This document shows positions 9,440 to 19,500 of a stretch of 64,000 nucleotides of DNA, in pieces. How positions within the stretch are numbered: position 1 is the first letter of the stretch; every line of letters begins with the position of its first letter. This stretch comes from a virus, in IMG/VR virus record IMGVR_UViG_3300005534_000001, positions 1 through 64,000 of that record; one strand, 5' to 3'. The notes under the pieces were generated by a model. The model worked only from the letters and a program-made list of their open reading frames with translations, was not told where the DNA came from and searched no databases. The translations under genes were made by a program, and so were the position numbers.

Positions 9440-10271
9440 CGCTTTCCGGTCTGAAGAATTCTGCTAGCGGCCCGTGGAGAAATTTGGGTAATTTGTGCAG
9501 CCACGATGCTGGCCTATCGCCACGGGGTATACATTTTGAACTTTTCGCAAGGTTGTCAAGACATGTGACAAATTGGGCATCTGGCCAGTTTGGAGTGGAT
9601 TTCAAGAGAGCGGATAATTGCTTGCCTTCTCCTCCATCCCAAGGGCATTCAGTTCCAGCCCAATCCAGATACCAATTCATTACCATCTGCTGGACTCTAG
9701 TGTGCCTTGTTTCACCGCTCATTTTGGCAAATGCTGAATTATTAATTCCGCGAGATTTCGCTTTGCTCGCGGAAGGTTTTAGATCTTTGGTTTGGTTATG
9801 TGAGGTGAGGTGTGGTGCCATGTTTTGCCATAGGCACTCGGATTCTTCTGCTATAGCATCGCTATGCGATTGCGATGGCACTGTCATAGCAGTGTCATTT
9901 ACCGTGAGTGGCTCTTGTTTCTTCCATCGCGCTTCGCTGCCTTTCGTACCTGCGTCTGATTTCTTCTTAAACCATAGGCTTGCGTCATTCCATTCTTCAG
10001 TAAGTGTCTCATTTGTCAACCATTTGCCGTCATCAGAAACCGTGAACATGGCAATGACTTGTTCAGCAACCGCTGCGAATTCTTCACGGCTGCTGGCCAG
10101 GGCATACCTCCAGAAAACTTCTGGAGTATTTGGGAGTTTAGCCCCGTTCTCCCATGCTGCATCAAGCAGGTTCCGATAGGCTCCATGTGCCGCCAGAGAC
10201 ATCGCTAGCACGTTGGGAGACTTCTTCCATCGGTTAATATGCCAGCGGTACCAGGGGCGTATTTCGGCCAT
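9216..10271 (-). CDS. phage replication initiator with DUF1376 (YdaU)-like N-terminus
   Basis: PWYRWHINRW...MSLAAHGAYRNLLDAAW...KSDAG.KG..ARW; internal DNA repeats; upstream of dnaB. Confidence 0.85.
   Translation of the reverse strand: MAEIRPWYRWHINRWKKSPNVLAMSLAAHGAYRNLLDAAWENGAKLPNTPEVFWRYALASSREEFAAVAEQVIAMFTVSDDGKWLTNETLTEEWNDASLWFKKKSDAGTKGSEARWKKQEPLTVNDTAMTVPSQSHSDAIAEESECLWQNMAPHLTSHNQTKDLKPSASKAKSRGINNSAFAKMSGETRHTRVQQMVMNWYLDWAGTECPWDGGEGKQLSALLKSTPNWPDAQFVTCLDNLAKSSKCIPRGDRPASWLHKLPKFLHGPLAEFFRPESGGTNGNGQYPTTAEKRHYANANAATEAAIRKLGANQGNGRDSDGNRDSVRNGVHSGTGPVVDGMSGRLDPDSDS
9786..9903. repeat. probable replication origin: 11-bp degenerate iterons plus 5-bp repeats within the initiator gene
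   Basis: tgctatagcat/cgctatgcgat/tgcgatggcac/tgtcatagcag/tgtcatttacc at 9849-9903; tgccat twice at 9816-9831; tttggtttggttatgtgaggtgaggtgtggt at 9786-9816. Confidence 0.65.
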
Positions 10272-10276
10272 TAAAC

Positions 10277-10937
10277 TTACCCTTTGGCCTCGCTTCGCAA
10301 CTTACCGCCATTAGCCATCCGCACACGATCCACAATGAGCAGCGCTTGGGCCTCAATAAATTTCAGGTTGGCTTTGTCGCCGTGATCTCGAATGTAATCG
10401 GAAAGTGTTTGTGCTGGGCTTGCTATTTGCTGAAGCGGAGATAAGGGGGCCGATCTTTCTTGCACTTGTTGAGAGTCCGTCTTCGGCTCTTCTCCCGAAC
10501 CTAAACAGCGTTCGCAAATATCAACACAATTACCGAGTCCATGCCATTCGCAACGATCATCGGCAGATTCCATTTGAGTGTTGCATAGATGGCACAGTTG
10601 CGGCCATTGTTCAGGAGTCTCGCGCTCGTAATCAGTGAGCCACTGCGACAATTGGTAATCATTGGCCGCGTCAAAATTGGCGAAGACTATAGTGGGGGAG
10701 TTTCTGAGTATGCGTCTGATTTGTTCGAGTGGAGTATTAACTTCCAAAGCAATCCTCACAATCTTCATCGTGACAATGAAAAGTCAGACTGATATCGGCT
10801 GCCGTCTTGCCGGGATTACGCGCTAATACTGCTGCTTCAGCTGCATCGCAATCGGAGTGACGGTTACAGGAGCGCACCCGTTTAGGAGTTTCGATGTGCT
10901 CCCATGAATCAAGGGGTTCAATGAGATTGGGATTCAT
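10277..10937 (-). CDS. two Cys-rich hypothetical ORFs (10277-10768, 10737-10937)
   Basis: CxxC motifs; AAGGAG RBS before 10937. Confidence 0.6.
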
Positions 10938-11212
10938 ATGCTAGTTCGTTTACTCCTTCCCTCCATTTGAGCGGAGGGCTGCGAAGGTAGGATGTGAATT
11001 CCTGCGGGTGAAAACTTCTCACTGGCTGGATCTGCCAACACGATGCCGCAGGAAACTTGATTGTTGATGGATTGTAAAACCTTTAAGACAAAAGGAATCT
11101 TGCTCGAATTGACGAGGCGCGTATCGGTCATATTTTAGCCGTATTCGCTTTCGGTTACGGCGGCAGGGCTAGTATTTCTACCAGCCCCACCTATGACCTA
11201 CGGCGAATGAGA
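10938..11212 (-). ncRNA. candidate structured 5' leader / regulatory RNA of the replication operon
   Basis: GGUCAUA/UAUGACC encloses a GGGCUGGUA-GAAA-UACUAGCCC hairpin and a GCCGUA/UACGGC hairpin; UUCCUGCGG/CCGCAGGAA stem; CCCUCC/GGAGGG hairpin next to the RBS. Confidence 0.55.
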
Positions 11213-11215
11213 AAA

Positions 11216-11245
11216 ACATTACAGTAACTCTCCGCATCCTGTCAA
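11216..11245 (-). promoter_or_regulatory. sigma70-type promoter of the replication operon
   Basis: A-tract, then TTGACA-18 nt-TAATGT. Confidence 0.6.
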
Positions 11246-11254
11246 CTTATTTTT

Positions 11255-12506
11255 TTAACGCTCTGGCGGCTTCAGAAGATCATGCAGGATGCCGATGAAT
11301 GCCATGCCTTTGGCCGTGGGCTTGCCTTTACCGTCCACTTCGACCGGGAAGATGTTCACGCGCAACCAGTTCGTTAAAACGTCTCTACGGCGCTTTGTCA
11401 TGGCTGTTCCGCGCTTCTCCGCTTCGCGCTTGGTCTCAATCGGTCCGATGAGTTTTGCCTGGGAGACGTGGTACAAGCGATATCCAGTGTGCTTACTCAT
11501 CGTCCTCCATTCGCTTCAATCTCTGTTTCTGTCGGATGACGCTCTTTCTGTGATCTTCTTGGCGAGCTTTCAATTCGCGCTCGTGGGCGCAATCTGAGCA
11601 CCATTGACAAAACGGCTTGCCGTGCTTACATGTTTTGCAATCGCAGTAATTCGGGCAAAGGCTCATAAGTCTCCCTAGTCGCCGCCATTTTTTCTCGCGG
11701 GATATTCAACGTCACGGTTGCCTTCGAAATCCGCGAAGAGTGTACGCGGAAATATCCCATGCCAGCTGGCTATATCTGGGTCGCATTCGCTGCATAGACG
11801 CGGGAGATTGGCGTCACGAAATGTAGACCAGAAATTAGTGAGGGCGGTATTGTCGATCACATGGCATTTCTCGCATTCAAATAGCGGCATTACAAGTCTC
11901 CCCACAATGGCCCTTCTTCAGCCATAAACTCTCCCAGATTGGCATCTCGGATAATTCTGACCTCATCTGCTGAGGCTGGCCCAGGAACGCGAGAAATAGG
12001 GCGTTCTGACGGCTTAGGGAAGCATCCAGGGCATCCGGAAAGTCCGCATGGGCACTCTTCAGGATGTTTTAGTCCGCTCACCGTTTGGCCTTTGGTCGGC
12101 ATCCCACAATTTTACAGTTAACATCTTCTTTGTGGTCTCCGATGTGCGATGGCCAAGGATGCAGAGACATTTCTTTTGGCACATTCTCATTGCCCTGCAT
12201 CATTTTCACCTTGGCGTGTTTGCAGTGCATAGAGCATTTGTAACAACCGTGCGGGCATTCGTAAATCCGCTTCCCGCCCTTGCGCTTGAACTCTTTCGAG
12301 TACTTTAGCCAGCAACCGCATCGGCCCATTGGCGCAGAGCAGCAACAGCACTTAAACTCAACGCGATCTAGTAGACTTTCGATGGGAGACGGCATGTATT
12401 CAGTCAGCCGCTTTCTTGGTCGGCCACGATTCCATCTCTCCCATTCGTTCAAGAGTTTGGCCTCTGCGTTCGTCTGAGAGTTGAGGATTAAGGACAAGCC
12501 ACTCAT
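11255..12506 (-). CDS. cluster of short, often Cys-rich hypothetical ORFs (11255-11500, ~11493-11666, 11675-11890, 11890-12102, 12078-~12396)
   Basis: Head-to-tail ORFs with RBSs; no family recognised. Confidence 0.5.
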
Positions 12507-12693
12507 TGATAGTCAGCGGTGAGGTTTGGTCTTGCGCTCTCAACGTGAACGTAGGCTCTCCAAGTCGCAATGCTCTGAAGAAACAGCCGCAATCGTTCTG
12601 GCGCTTGCTGAAAAGTTCCGGCTTATCGTTGAGGATAAACTTTAAGCATTCTATGAGTTTTTCTTCTGTGCAGTTTTCTTCGAGTTGGTACAT
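12400..12693 (-). CDS. conserved phage protein (EP.F.LRAQD family)
   Basis: GEPTFTLRAQD...W...EME.WP.KK.AD pattern; AAGGAG RBS. Confidence 0.65.
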   Translation of the reverse strand: MYQLEENCTEEKLIECLKFILNDKPELFSKRQNDCGCFFRALRLGEPTFTLRAQDQTSPLTINEWLVLNPQLSDERRGQTLERMGEMESWPTKKAAD

Positions 12694-12702
12694 GGAATCT
12701 CC

Positions 12703-13548
12703 TTATTCGCAAAGATTGTAAACGCTCATACAGGCACGTGCTGGCAGCAATGGCAATTGGTTTTCATCCACCGAATCAAGGTATCTGAACACGTCTTCGG
12801 CGGTCGGTACATAGGCCATACCGCCATGCTTCGCCTTTCCACGCAGTGAGCAGAAACGAGCGGGAATCGTTCCAGCAGCGAAGAAAGTAGCAGGCCATTT
12901 CCGTGTTTCCTTATTGCCCACATTGCCGTTGACATGCGCTTCTAGATCAATCAGTCGCTGTCGGAGTTCGGGGGAAAATTGCAGAATCCTTTTCAGTTCA
13001 CGAAGGCCAGTCATAATGCACGGCCAGCATCCAACGCGGGAACTTCCCATGAGGTAAAGAGGGTTAGGCTTAACGTTGTGCTTCGCCATCATTGCAAAGC
13101 ATTGCTCCGCAGTCCAGCGCAAGAGCGGTCGTTTTACCCAATACCCGCCGCCATCACTGACCCATTGCGTATCAGTCATTGAGGCTCTGCTGTGTGATTC
13201 GTCGGCCCGGATTCCTTGATAACTGGTAATTTCATCGTCCAAGCTTTCGTAATACTTGTGAAGCGGGAAGACCTTCAGTTCCTGCGTACAGAACCGGCGC
13301 TTAAAGCTTGGGATGCCCTTGCGCTCCACTGCCAACTGTACGAAACCATCGGGGTAAGTATCACTTTTCACGCGCACAAGACCGCCATCTAACAGTTGCT
13401 TATTTATTTCTTCAATGTAGGCATAGGTGATTGGATGCTCCCAGCCTGTGTCACAGAAAACAACCGTGAACTCGGGGAGATTTTCCTTGGCCCAAAGCAG
13501 AAGAGCCGTTGAATCTTTACCACCCGAAAAACAAACAATGTGCTTCAT
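12703..13548 (-). CDS. PAPS-reductase-family (DndC/CysH-like) protein 1
   Basis: PP-loop FSGGKDS, FCDTGWE, RFCT.ELK, GIRADES..R, NPLY..G.SRVGCWPC. Confidence 0.9.
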   Translation of the reverse strand: MKHIVCFSGGKDSTALLLWAKENLPEFTVVFCDTGWEHPITYAYIEEINKQLLDGGLVRVKSDTYPDGFVQLAVERKGIPSFKRRFCTQELKVFPLHKYYESLDDEITSYQGIRADESHSRASMTDTQWVSDGGGYWVKRPLLRWTAEQCFAMMAKHNVKPNPLYLMGSSRVGCWPCIMTGLRELKRILQFSPELRQRLIDLEAHVNGNVGNKETRKWPATFFAAGTIPARFCSLRGKAKHGGMAYVPTAEDVFRYLDSVDENQLPLLPARACMSVYNLCE

Positions 13549-13646
13549 AGGGATAATCCACACTACCAACAAACCATCAAAAATCAAGAGAAATAATGGC
13601 CAGCGAGAGAACTCCTTCAGCCCGCTGGCCGCGTGTACAGAGGCAG

Positions 13647-14684
13647 TTACTCCTTTCGATTGGGATTTACAACATCGTAGGCACTCATCCAAGCGCACCC
13701 CGGCGCATGTTTGATGCCGAATGCATGGCCGACTTCAGCATTTTCGCCCTTGATTCCGCAAAAGCGGCATTGGCACATATCATGCTCCCCGATTCCAGTT
13801 TCTATGCCAGAGTCCAAAAGAGAACGCAATGCCTCCCACGGAAATGGATCAGGCTTTGCGGTACTGGGTTGCGATTCAAGGAGTTGCCAGATTGGGCCGG
13901 CGGGACATTGGTTTGGGCATTGATCGTACTGATTAAAATGCATCCACCCGCGTAAGGGATGCGAATATCGCGCAACTTGCCAAGTAATCCCAGCATATTT
14001 AGGATTCGCGCAGATTGAGCATAAAGCCTCGGCGCACTCAAGGATGGTTTCTCGCTTAATGGTTGTAAGTTCGGATTTAAGTTGGTCCCGTTCGGCCATG
14101 AGTCCGCATTGTGCCAACTCCACTACTTGCTTAAACAATCTTACCCTTGACGAGTGAGGCGGCTCAGGGCAAAACCGTCCATTCGGCTCAATGCCTAAAG
14201 GCTTACTGGCATCTTTGCGAACGAACGAAGTGTGCTTGCTTCTTGGTTCGCCGCATTCACACATTGGGTCTTGCGTGTCCAGTCCTATGGATGAAATTGT
14301 TGCTGATCTGCCTTCAATAGAAGACCCTATATGTTCTTGCTTTGGCATTGAAGCGTTTGGACACATGTTCTCCAGTCCGCAGCCGTTGTCGTGGATAGTC
14401 CCATTGCATCTGGGATTGTCGCATTCCTCCTGCTTCTGTGAGGAACCTTTGCGCGCAAAAAAGTGAGTGCCGCAGCTTTCGCAACGTATCCACAAGGAAT
14501 CATCTGCCGAATCCCCATGAATACCTTGGCACAATACCACTGGGCCCTTGCCACATTCGGGGCAATGCTTCTTCCCGTGTTCTATGTAGCGGGAGAGAAT
14601 GGCCGTAATTGCGGGAATACCGATCAATCCATGCGAAACTTCCTTAATTGCCCGCGCTGCCTCTTCTATCTGTTTAGGTGTCAT
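13647..14684 (-). CDS. mosaic hypothetical protein with several zinc-ribbon motifs
   Basis: CPECG, CESCG, CECG, CSIC, CRFCG. Confidence 0.65.
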   Translation of the reverse strand: MTPKQIEEAARAIKEVSHGLIGIPAITAILSRYIEHGKKHCPECGKGPVVLCQGIHGDSADDSLWIRCESCGTHFFARKGSSQKQEECDNPRCNGTIHDNGCGLENMCPNASMPKQEHIGSSIEGRSATISSIGLDTQDPMCECGEPRSKHTSFVRKDASKPLGIEPNGRFCPEPPHSSRVRLFKQVVELAQCGLMAERDQLKSELTTIKRETILECAEALCSICANPKYAGITWQVARYSHPLRGWMHFNQYDQCPNQCPAGPIWQLLESQPSTAKPDPFPWEALRSLLDSGIETGIGEHDMCQCRFCGIKGENAEVGHAFGIKHAPGCAWMSAYDVVNPNRKE

Positions 14685-14866
14685 AGCGGAAAATCCTCAC
14701 TGAATTCCTGGCAATATTCGATACCTTCGCGGCCCTCAATGTTTTTCTTGGCCTCTTTTATTTCCTGTAAAGCCTTATCAACTGCCGCTGAATCTCCAAT
14801 CAAGGTAATCTCAATCTTTGTTCCAACCTGTGTCATCCTCTTGCCTCCTGTTGATCTTACAGCACA

Positions 14867-15187
14867 CTATGCCCTCCCAGTGGCCTTCATATGTTTCGCC
14901 TTGAACTGCTCGATAAATCCATCCAGTTCGCGGGCGATTAATTCCATGCGGTCTAAGTCTTTCGCTGTCGGCTCTGAACCGGCTTCCAAGATTCCCATTA
15001 TGCTACTAAATAAATGTTGCGCTCCGGCGAAGAAAGCATTTCTCATTTCTTCGACTTGAATTTCTGGCGCATCGGCTGGAATGGAAGCGAATTTGAGGCC
15101 AATGAAACCAGCCTCAATGAGTTTACCTTGGTCGGTTAGTTTGCGGCAGATGTTGTCGTGTTCGGCTTTAGTCATCTTAGTTGCCAT
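14867..15187 (-). CDS. conserved phage hypothetical protein
   Basis: IP.DAP.IQ.EEMRNAFFAGA pattern; GGAGG RBS. Confidence 0.65.
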   Translation of the reverse strand: MATKMTKAEHDNICRKLTDQGKLIEAGFIGLKFASIPADAPEIQVEEMRNAFFAGAQHLFSSIMGILEAGSEPTAKDLDRMELIARELDGFIEQFKAKHMKATGRA

Positions 15188-16758
15188 AGCATTCCTCCCG
15201 GCTTTTGCATTTGCATCGTCCGCCGCCGCTCCTGTGAAAGATATATCCATACTCCCGCGAGTAATCCACGTCATAGGTATAACGCGGCACATAGGTTTTG
15301 CCATCGTGTCGGGCGATGCAAGACGTGAAGGCCGTAAGTGAAAACAACTCGAAGCGGCCATTTGAATTCTTGTGGAACTCTGCGACCATTGCGCGGTTAG
15401 GATCATCATGCTTCATAAAACTCCCGTTCTCATTTTTTCAATCTGTCGAAACTCTCTAGCCTTCGGGCAATGGCTCCAGTGCGCTTCCCATGTCTGCGGA
15501 TCAATCGGAACGAGTTGGCCTCCTGCTGGCGGTTCAAAGAACTCAACCGGACTAGAACAGGCTTCGCAATTGCCTGATCCATATGGCCTGTAACCTCGGT
15601 CTGTCCATGTTGAGAGAGTCTTTGAAGTGCTCATGCTAATGTCCATCCTTGAGATTTGCGCTCTTTCGAGAGTTCTATGCTTACCAGCGGCAGACCTTGG
15701 ATTGTAATCTCCTTGTATCCAATACAAACGGGGCACGGAATAAATTGCGGCCCTTCCCCTTGGAACTCCAGGTTTGGAATAACTCCCTCGCCCTTGCATT
15801 CGTAGCACTTTTCTTTGGTTTCTCCGACCGGCCCAGCCGGACATCCACGATAAGCGCGATTCATGCAGCACGGAGTATCGGGACTTCCAGTATTGCGCGA
15901 CCCTCCTCCGGCCATCATGCTGCGGTGCTGGTACATGCCTGGAGACCAGCATTCTCGGCCAATACAATGCCGATCAGCGAATCCGTATTTTGCCTTTTCG
16001 CCTTTTCGTTTGAAGTAAGCCATCAGGAAATCCCTTCCACATCGCAGCAAGTCATTTCTTTTGAACTTTTATGAATAACAGTGTTTACGCGCTTATCGAA
16101 TTTATTAAATTTAACCCGCTTACGCGTAACCGTGTATCCAGTTCTCAGCAGTTCATCCAAACTGTAAACTGTGTAGCAACGGCGAGTCCAAGAGCAGTGC
16201 TTAATGGCGAACGATACCCATACTTTCTTCGGATCATCGCTAGCAATATGCACGGCTCTGGCAATACGGAGAAGCCCTGCTGGCGATTTAATTAGTTGGC
16301 CGACCCTAGGAATAATCATTGGCACCTTTCTGCCAAAAGCAACTGATGCTTATCGTGCGAATCAATCAGCAATAAAGCCATGCCGATGCTAGGCTGAGTC
16401 CGGTAAAAGCCCGTGTCATTCCACGGGAGTTTCCCGGTTATAAGGATCTCCAATAGGAGTTGTCGGCAGTATTCGAGAGTGTAATTCATGCAACAAATCC
16501 ATTCAGCAGATTACGGAAACGCTGCAATTCGTGGCTTAGTTTCCATCTCTGCGTCACATAGTAAGCGACCTCAGAATCCAACAAGGGAATTAGTTCTCCC
16601 TTGCTGCATGAAAGGCATTCAGGCTTTGGATTGGCAGCATATGGGAAGCGGTCTGGTATCATCCACTGAGCGTTGCCGCATTCTACGCAGAGACGCATAC
16701 CAGAAAAGCAGGCTGTATCGCCAATTACTTCGACAGACTTTGCTGTGAATTGGGCCAT
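15177..16758 (-). CDS. cluster of short hypothetical ORFs (15177-15416, 15413-15634, 15631-16023, 16023-16325, 16317-16489, 16486-16758)
   Basis: Coupled ORFs, several with CxxC. Confidence 0.5.
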
Positions 16759-16791
16759 TACTCCTCCTTCGCTTCTTTCAATCTCTTCGCT

Positions 16792-17937
16792 TTACTTGTC
16801 GAAACCCAATGGCATTCCCTGCACGGAACTCTGCTCTGTCGATTGTTTCTTGGATGTGGGCCTTCCTTGCTTGTTCGAAGGTAATTGTGCTTGCCCTTCG
16901 TCCTTTGGTGCTTGAGTTTGGGCTGTCTCCTGCACCGGATGAGGGTCCACGGTAACGCTTGTTCCTTCAAATTCAAAGGTTACAGGCTCACCATCTAGAT
17001 TGGCCTTGGCCTGGGCTGCTTGCTTCAGATTGGCGAATAGGGATTGTTCGGGCTGTGGTTCTGGGTTTGTGGCCGTAACTGCTGGAGTCTCATCCTTCTT
17101 GGCGTACTTCTCCGCAATCTTATCAATCTTTTCGTTTGTGACTGCCGTTGCCTTATTGGACTTGACATGGTTTTCCACGTTCTCGAAGATGTCCTGAACG
17201 GAAGACTCGCCTTCTTTCAAGGCATTCAGGAACCCATTGAGAATTACCAGATGGTCAATTCCGATATCATCCTTGCCGCCAAGGCCCAAGGTCTTATAGA
17301 TCATGTCGGGAGTCACGCCATAGATTACAAAGGCTTGCAATGCTGATTCCCGCCTGTTTACCAGCGTCTTGAAGTCTCCAGCCACTACTTTCCTTGCCGC
17401 CTCATAGATTGGCTTCCACAGGGCCTTGGGGATGCCCTTAAGCACGGCATTGCGAAGGGCAATGGACGAGGCCGCGTTGCTGGTCGTGCCGATCATGTCA
17501 GAGGAGTATCGCTTGCCGGCTGCATTGGTGATTCGCCGCTTGACCTCGTAACTAATTGCCACGTTCTTTTCAAGGTCAAAAAATAGACCTTGCGAAGTGA
17601 CAAAATCGTTATCCTCGCCGATGACCCTTGCCCCGGCTCGGCTGTTTCCCCAAGCATAAATCAGGATTTCAGCGAATCGGGCACTTGGGCCTTCGATGAC
17701 CTTGCCAGCCCTTGGCAAAGCATAAATGCACTCACCGGCTGTTGCTTCGTCCAATGTCGCAAGGTTCAGAGCTTCATCCTTGAACTTTTTGACGCTGCGT
17801 GGATAGCGTTTGCTAGTGGCAATCTGTTGTGAAATTTCGCTTTTGTTGAGGGCGGCCAGAGAACTGATATCAACCTGCTCTGGTTCATCTTGCATGATTT
17901 CGCCCTCTACTGGTTCGTAGGTGTGATCGTTTGGCAT
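16792..17937 (-). CDS. putative ssDNA-annealing/recombination protein
   Basis: QIAT.KRYPRS...YALPRAGK.IEGPS.R.AE....WGN family; disordered C-tail; in an operon with YqaJ exonuclease. Confidence 0.6.
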   Translation of the reverse strand: MPNDHTYEPVEGEIMQDEPEQVDISSLAALNKSEISQQIATSKRYPRSVKKFKDEALNLATLDEATAGECIYALPRAGKVIEGPSARFAEILIYAWGNSRAGARVIGEDNDFVTSQGLFFDLEKNVAISYEVKRRITNAAGKRYSSDMIGTTSNAASSIALRNAVLKGIPKALWKPIYEAARKVVAGDFKTLVNRRESALQAFVIYGVTPDMIYKTLGLGGKDDIGIDHLVILNGFLNALKEGESSVQDIFENVENHVKSNKATAVTNEKIDKIAEKYAKKDETPAVTATNPEPQPEQSLFANLKQAAQAKANLDGEPVTFEFEGTSVTVDPHPVQETAQTQAPKDEGQAQLPSNKQGRPTSKKQSTEQSSVQGMPLGFDK

Positions 17938-17953
17938 ATTGTCAATCCTCTTT

Positions 17954-18190
17954 TCAGAATCCGTAATTCATACCCGCGTTAAATTCCTTCGCCTTGGCAA
18001 TGCACCGATGGCAAAGTCTCCGCCGGTTTTTCTTTGACCATCTCGTAACAGGCCAATCAGATCGGCATTCAATTTCAGCGTCTTCATCCTGAGAAACGGG
18101 ATTGCCGCAGAGAGTGACCATCTCTTCTTGGCGCAAGTGCATGAGCGTCCGATGCCCGTTGCTGCCGTTCCATGAAACTGCCTCAATCAT
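17954..18190 (-). CDS. small Zn-binding hypothetical protein
   Basis: H...TLCG...C..C motif. Confidence 0.55.
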   Translation of the reverse strand: MIEAVSWNGSNGHRTLMHLRQEEMVTLCGNPVSQDEDAEIECRSDWPVTRWSKKNRRRLCHRCIAKAKEFNAGMNYGF

Positions 18191-19491
18191 TTCGGCTCAT
18201 CCTTCCGTCCTGACACATAACCATCCTCGATCAACACTCCTACCTTGGTGCTGGTCGCTACTTTCTCAAGCCAAATCTGATAACCATTGGCTTTCACCAA
18301 ATTGGTGAGAATGGCCATTGAGTCATCGTCAATAAGCGAAGCATCCCGAACGAGCAAGACTTTGATCTTGGGATTGCTGGCCATTGCGATAGCGCAGGAG
18401 ACGCGGATCTTTTCGGCTTGGCTGGCCTGCTCAAGCGGAATGTCATTGAACAGGACTACATCATCACCAAAGACCAAGCCATCAACCGGCATCTTGGCTT
18501 CTTGGATGGCCTTCACTCGCTGGTCAGTCCGCGATTCCATTGCTTTGGTGAGTGCATCGGCATGGCCTTGGAGCATGTCGCGGTTCTGTACGACGGCATT
18601 GCGCTTATGATGGCGTTCAATGGCAGCATTCAGGATGTTTGCATCCTCTACCTGTTTGTGGATGTTGGCAATGTCAACCGTAGAACCAAAGTCGGGTACC
18701 GGCTCTTGCAGTTGTGCTTCCAGTGACTTTATTTGGCCTAAATGAATTTCGACTTCACCGCTCAACTTGGCTGCCTCATCAAGTAACCGCTGGGTGCGTT
18801 TGCGTTTATCGGTTACATCTTTCTCAATGGTAAGTTTTTGCTCTGCTTTGGATGATTGCTGGTTCTCCCAGTCTCGTATCTTCTCGGCAATTGTGACATT
18901 GTGCTTGCTGGCCTCTGTCATCTGAGTAAGAAGCCCAGAGGTATCAACCGGGACAAAGGATTCCAATTGCTCAACTGGCATCGCCTCAATCTGAGCGGTC
19001 AGAGTCTTTACTTGCCGATTGACTTCTGTGCGCTTGGTGTAGTCTGTCTCATTATCTTTCTGGAGCCTGTCCACGTCCACAGAAAGAGGAACCAGTTTCC
19101 GCAATTCCTTGAATTGTTCGGGCGCTTTCATCCGAGTGAATGCCAGAGGATCAAACGATATTGCACCTAGCAGCTTGTCCAGCACGGCTTGAGGGCTTGG
19201 ATACCTCGCTCCTTCCGCATTCTCAACTGTGAGAGTGCCGCCCTTCGGTGTGATCGTCCGCTTGACAATCAGTTCGCCAAGGTCTAAGCGAATGACTGCC
19301 TTATCCGCGCCTTTGCGAATAGGCTCTGCCTGAATATGCTCTGCCCCTTCCAATGCCCACCATATGCTATCGAGCACGGAAGTTTTTCCGTGGCCGTTTT
19401 TGCCGACAATCTCAACGATGTCGCCTTGGGGTGTGATATGGACAGCTACCAGTTTCTTTACGTTCTCAGCTTGCAAACTTATGATCTTCAT
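18187..19491 (-). CDS. SMC/Rad50-like ATPase
   Basis: MKIISLQAENVK, Walker A GKNGHGKTS, central coiled coil, degenerate signature ASQAE and LVRD. Confidence 0.85.
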   Translation of the reverse strand: MKIISLQAENVKKLVAVHITPQGDIVEIVGKNGHGKTSVLDSIWWALEGAEHIQAEPIRKGADKAVIRLDLGELIVKRTITPKGGTLTVENAEGARYPSPQAVLDKLLGAISFDPLAFTRMKAPEQFKELRKLVPLSVDVDRLQKDNETDYTKRTEVNRQVKTLTAQIEAMPVEQLESFVPVDTSGLLTQMTEASKHNVTIAEKIRDWENQQSSKAEQKLTIEKDVTDKRKRTQRLLDEAAKLSGEVEIHLGQIKSLEAQLQEPVPDFGSTVDIANIHKQVEDANILNAAIERHHKRNAVVQNRDMLQGHADALTKAMESRTDQRVKAIQEAKMPVDGLVFGDDVVLFNDIPLEQASQAEKIRVSCAIAMASNPKIKVLLVRDASLIDDDSMAILTNLVKANGYQIWLEKVATSTKVGVLIEDGYVSGRKDEPK

Positions 19492-19500
19492 GGTTTCCTC

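Noticed and set aside
10934-11131. 65-aa ORF MTDTRLVNS...
   Set aside because: No SD, no recognisable motif, and it lies across strong RNA stems. Treated as part of a structured leader, although a leader peptide cannot be excluded.
12400-12693. Assignment as a known anti-defence sponge protein (Acb2/Tad type)
   Set aside because: Size and context fit, but I could not match diagnostic motifs with confidence; left as conserved hypothetical.
12703-13548. Auxiliary metabolic gene cysH for sulfate assimilation
   Set aside because: No other sulfur-pathway genes are present, and the extra Cys motifs and context fit the phage/DndC-like branch better.
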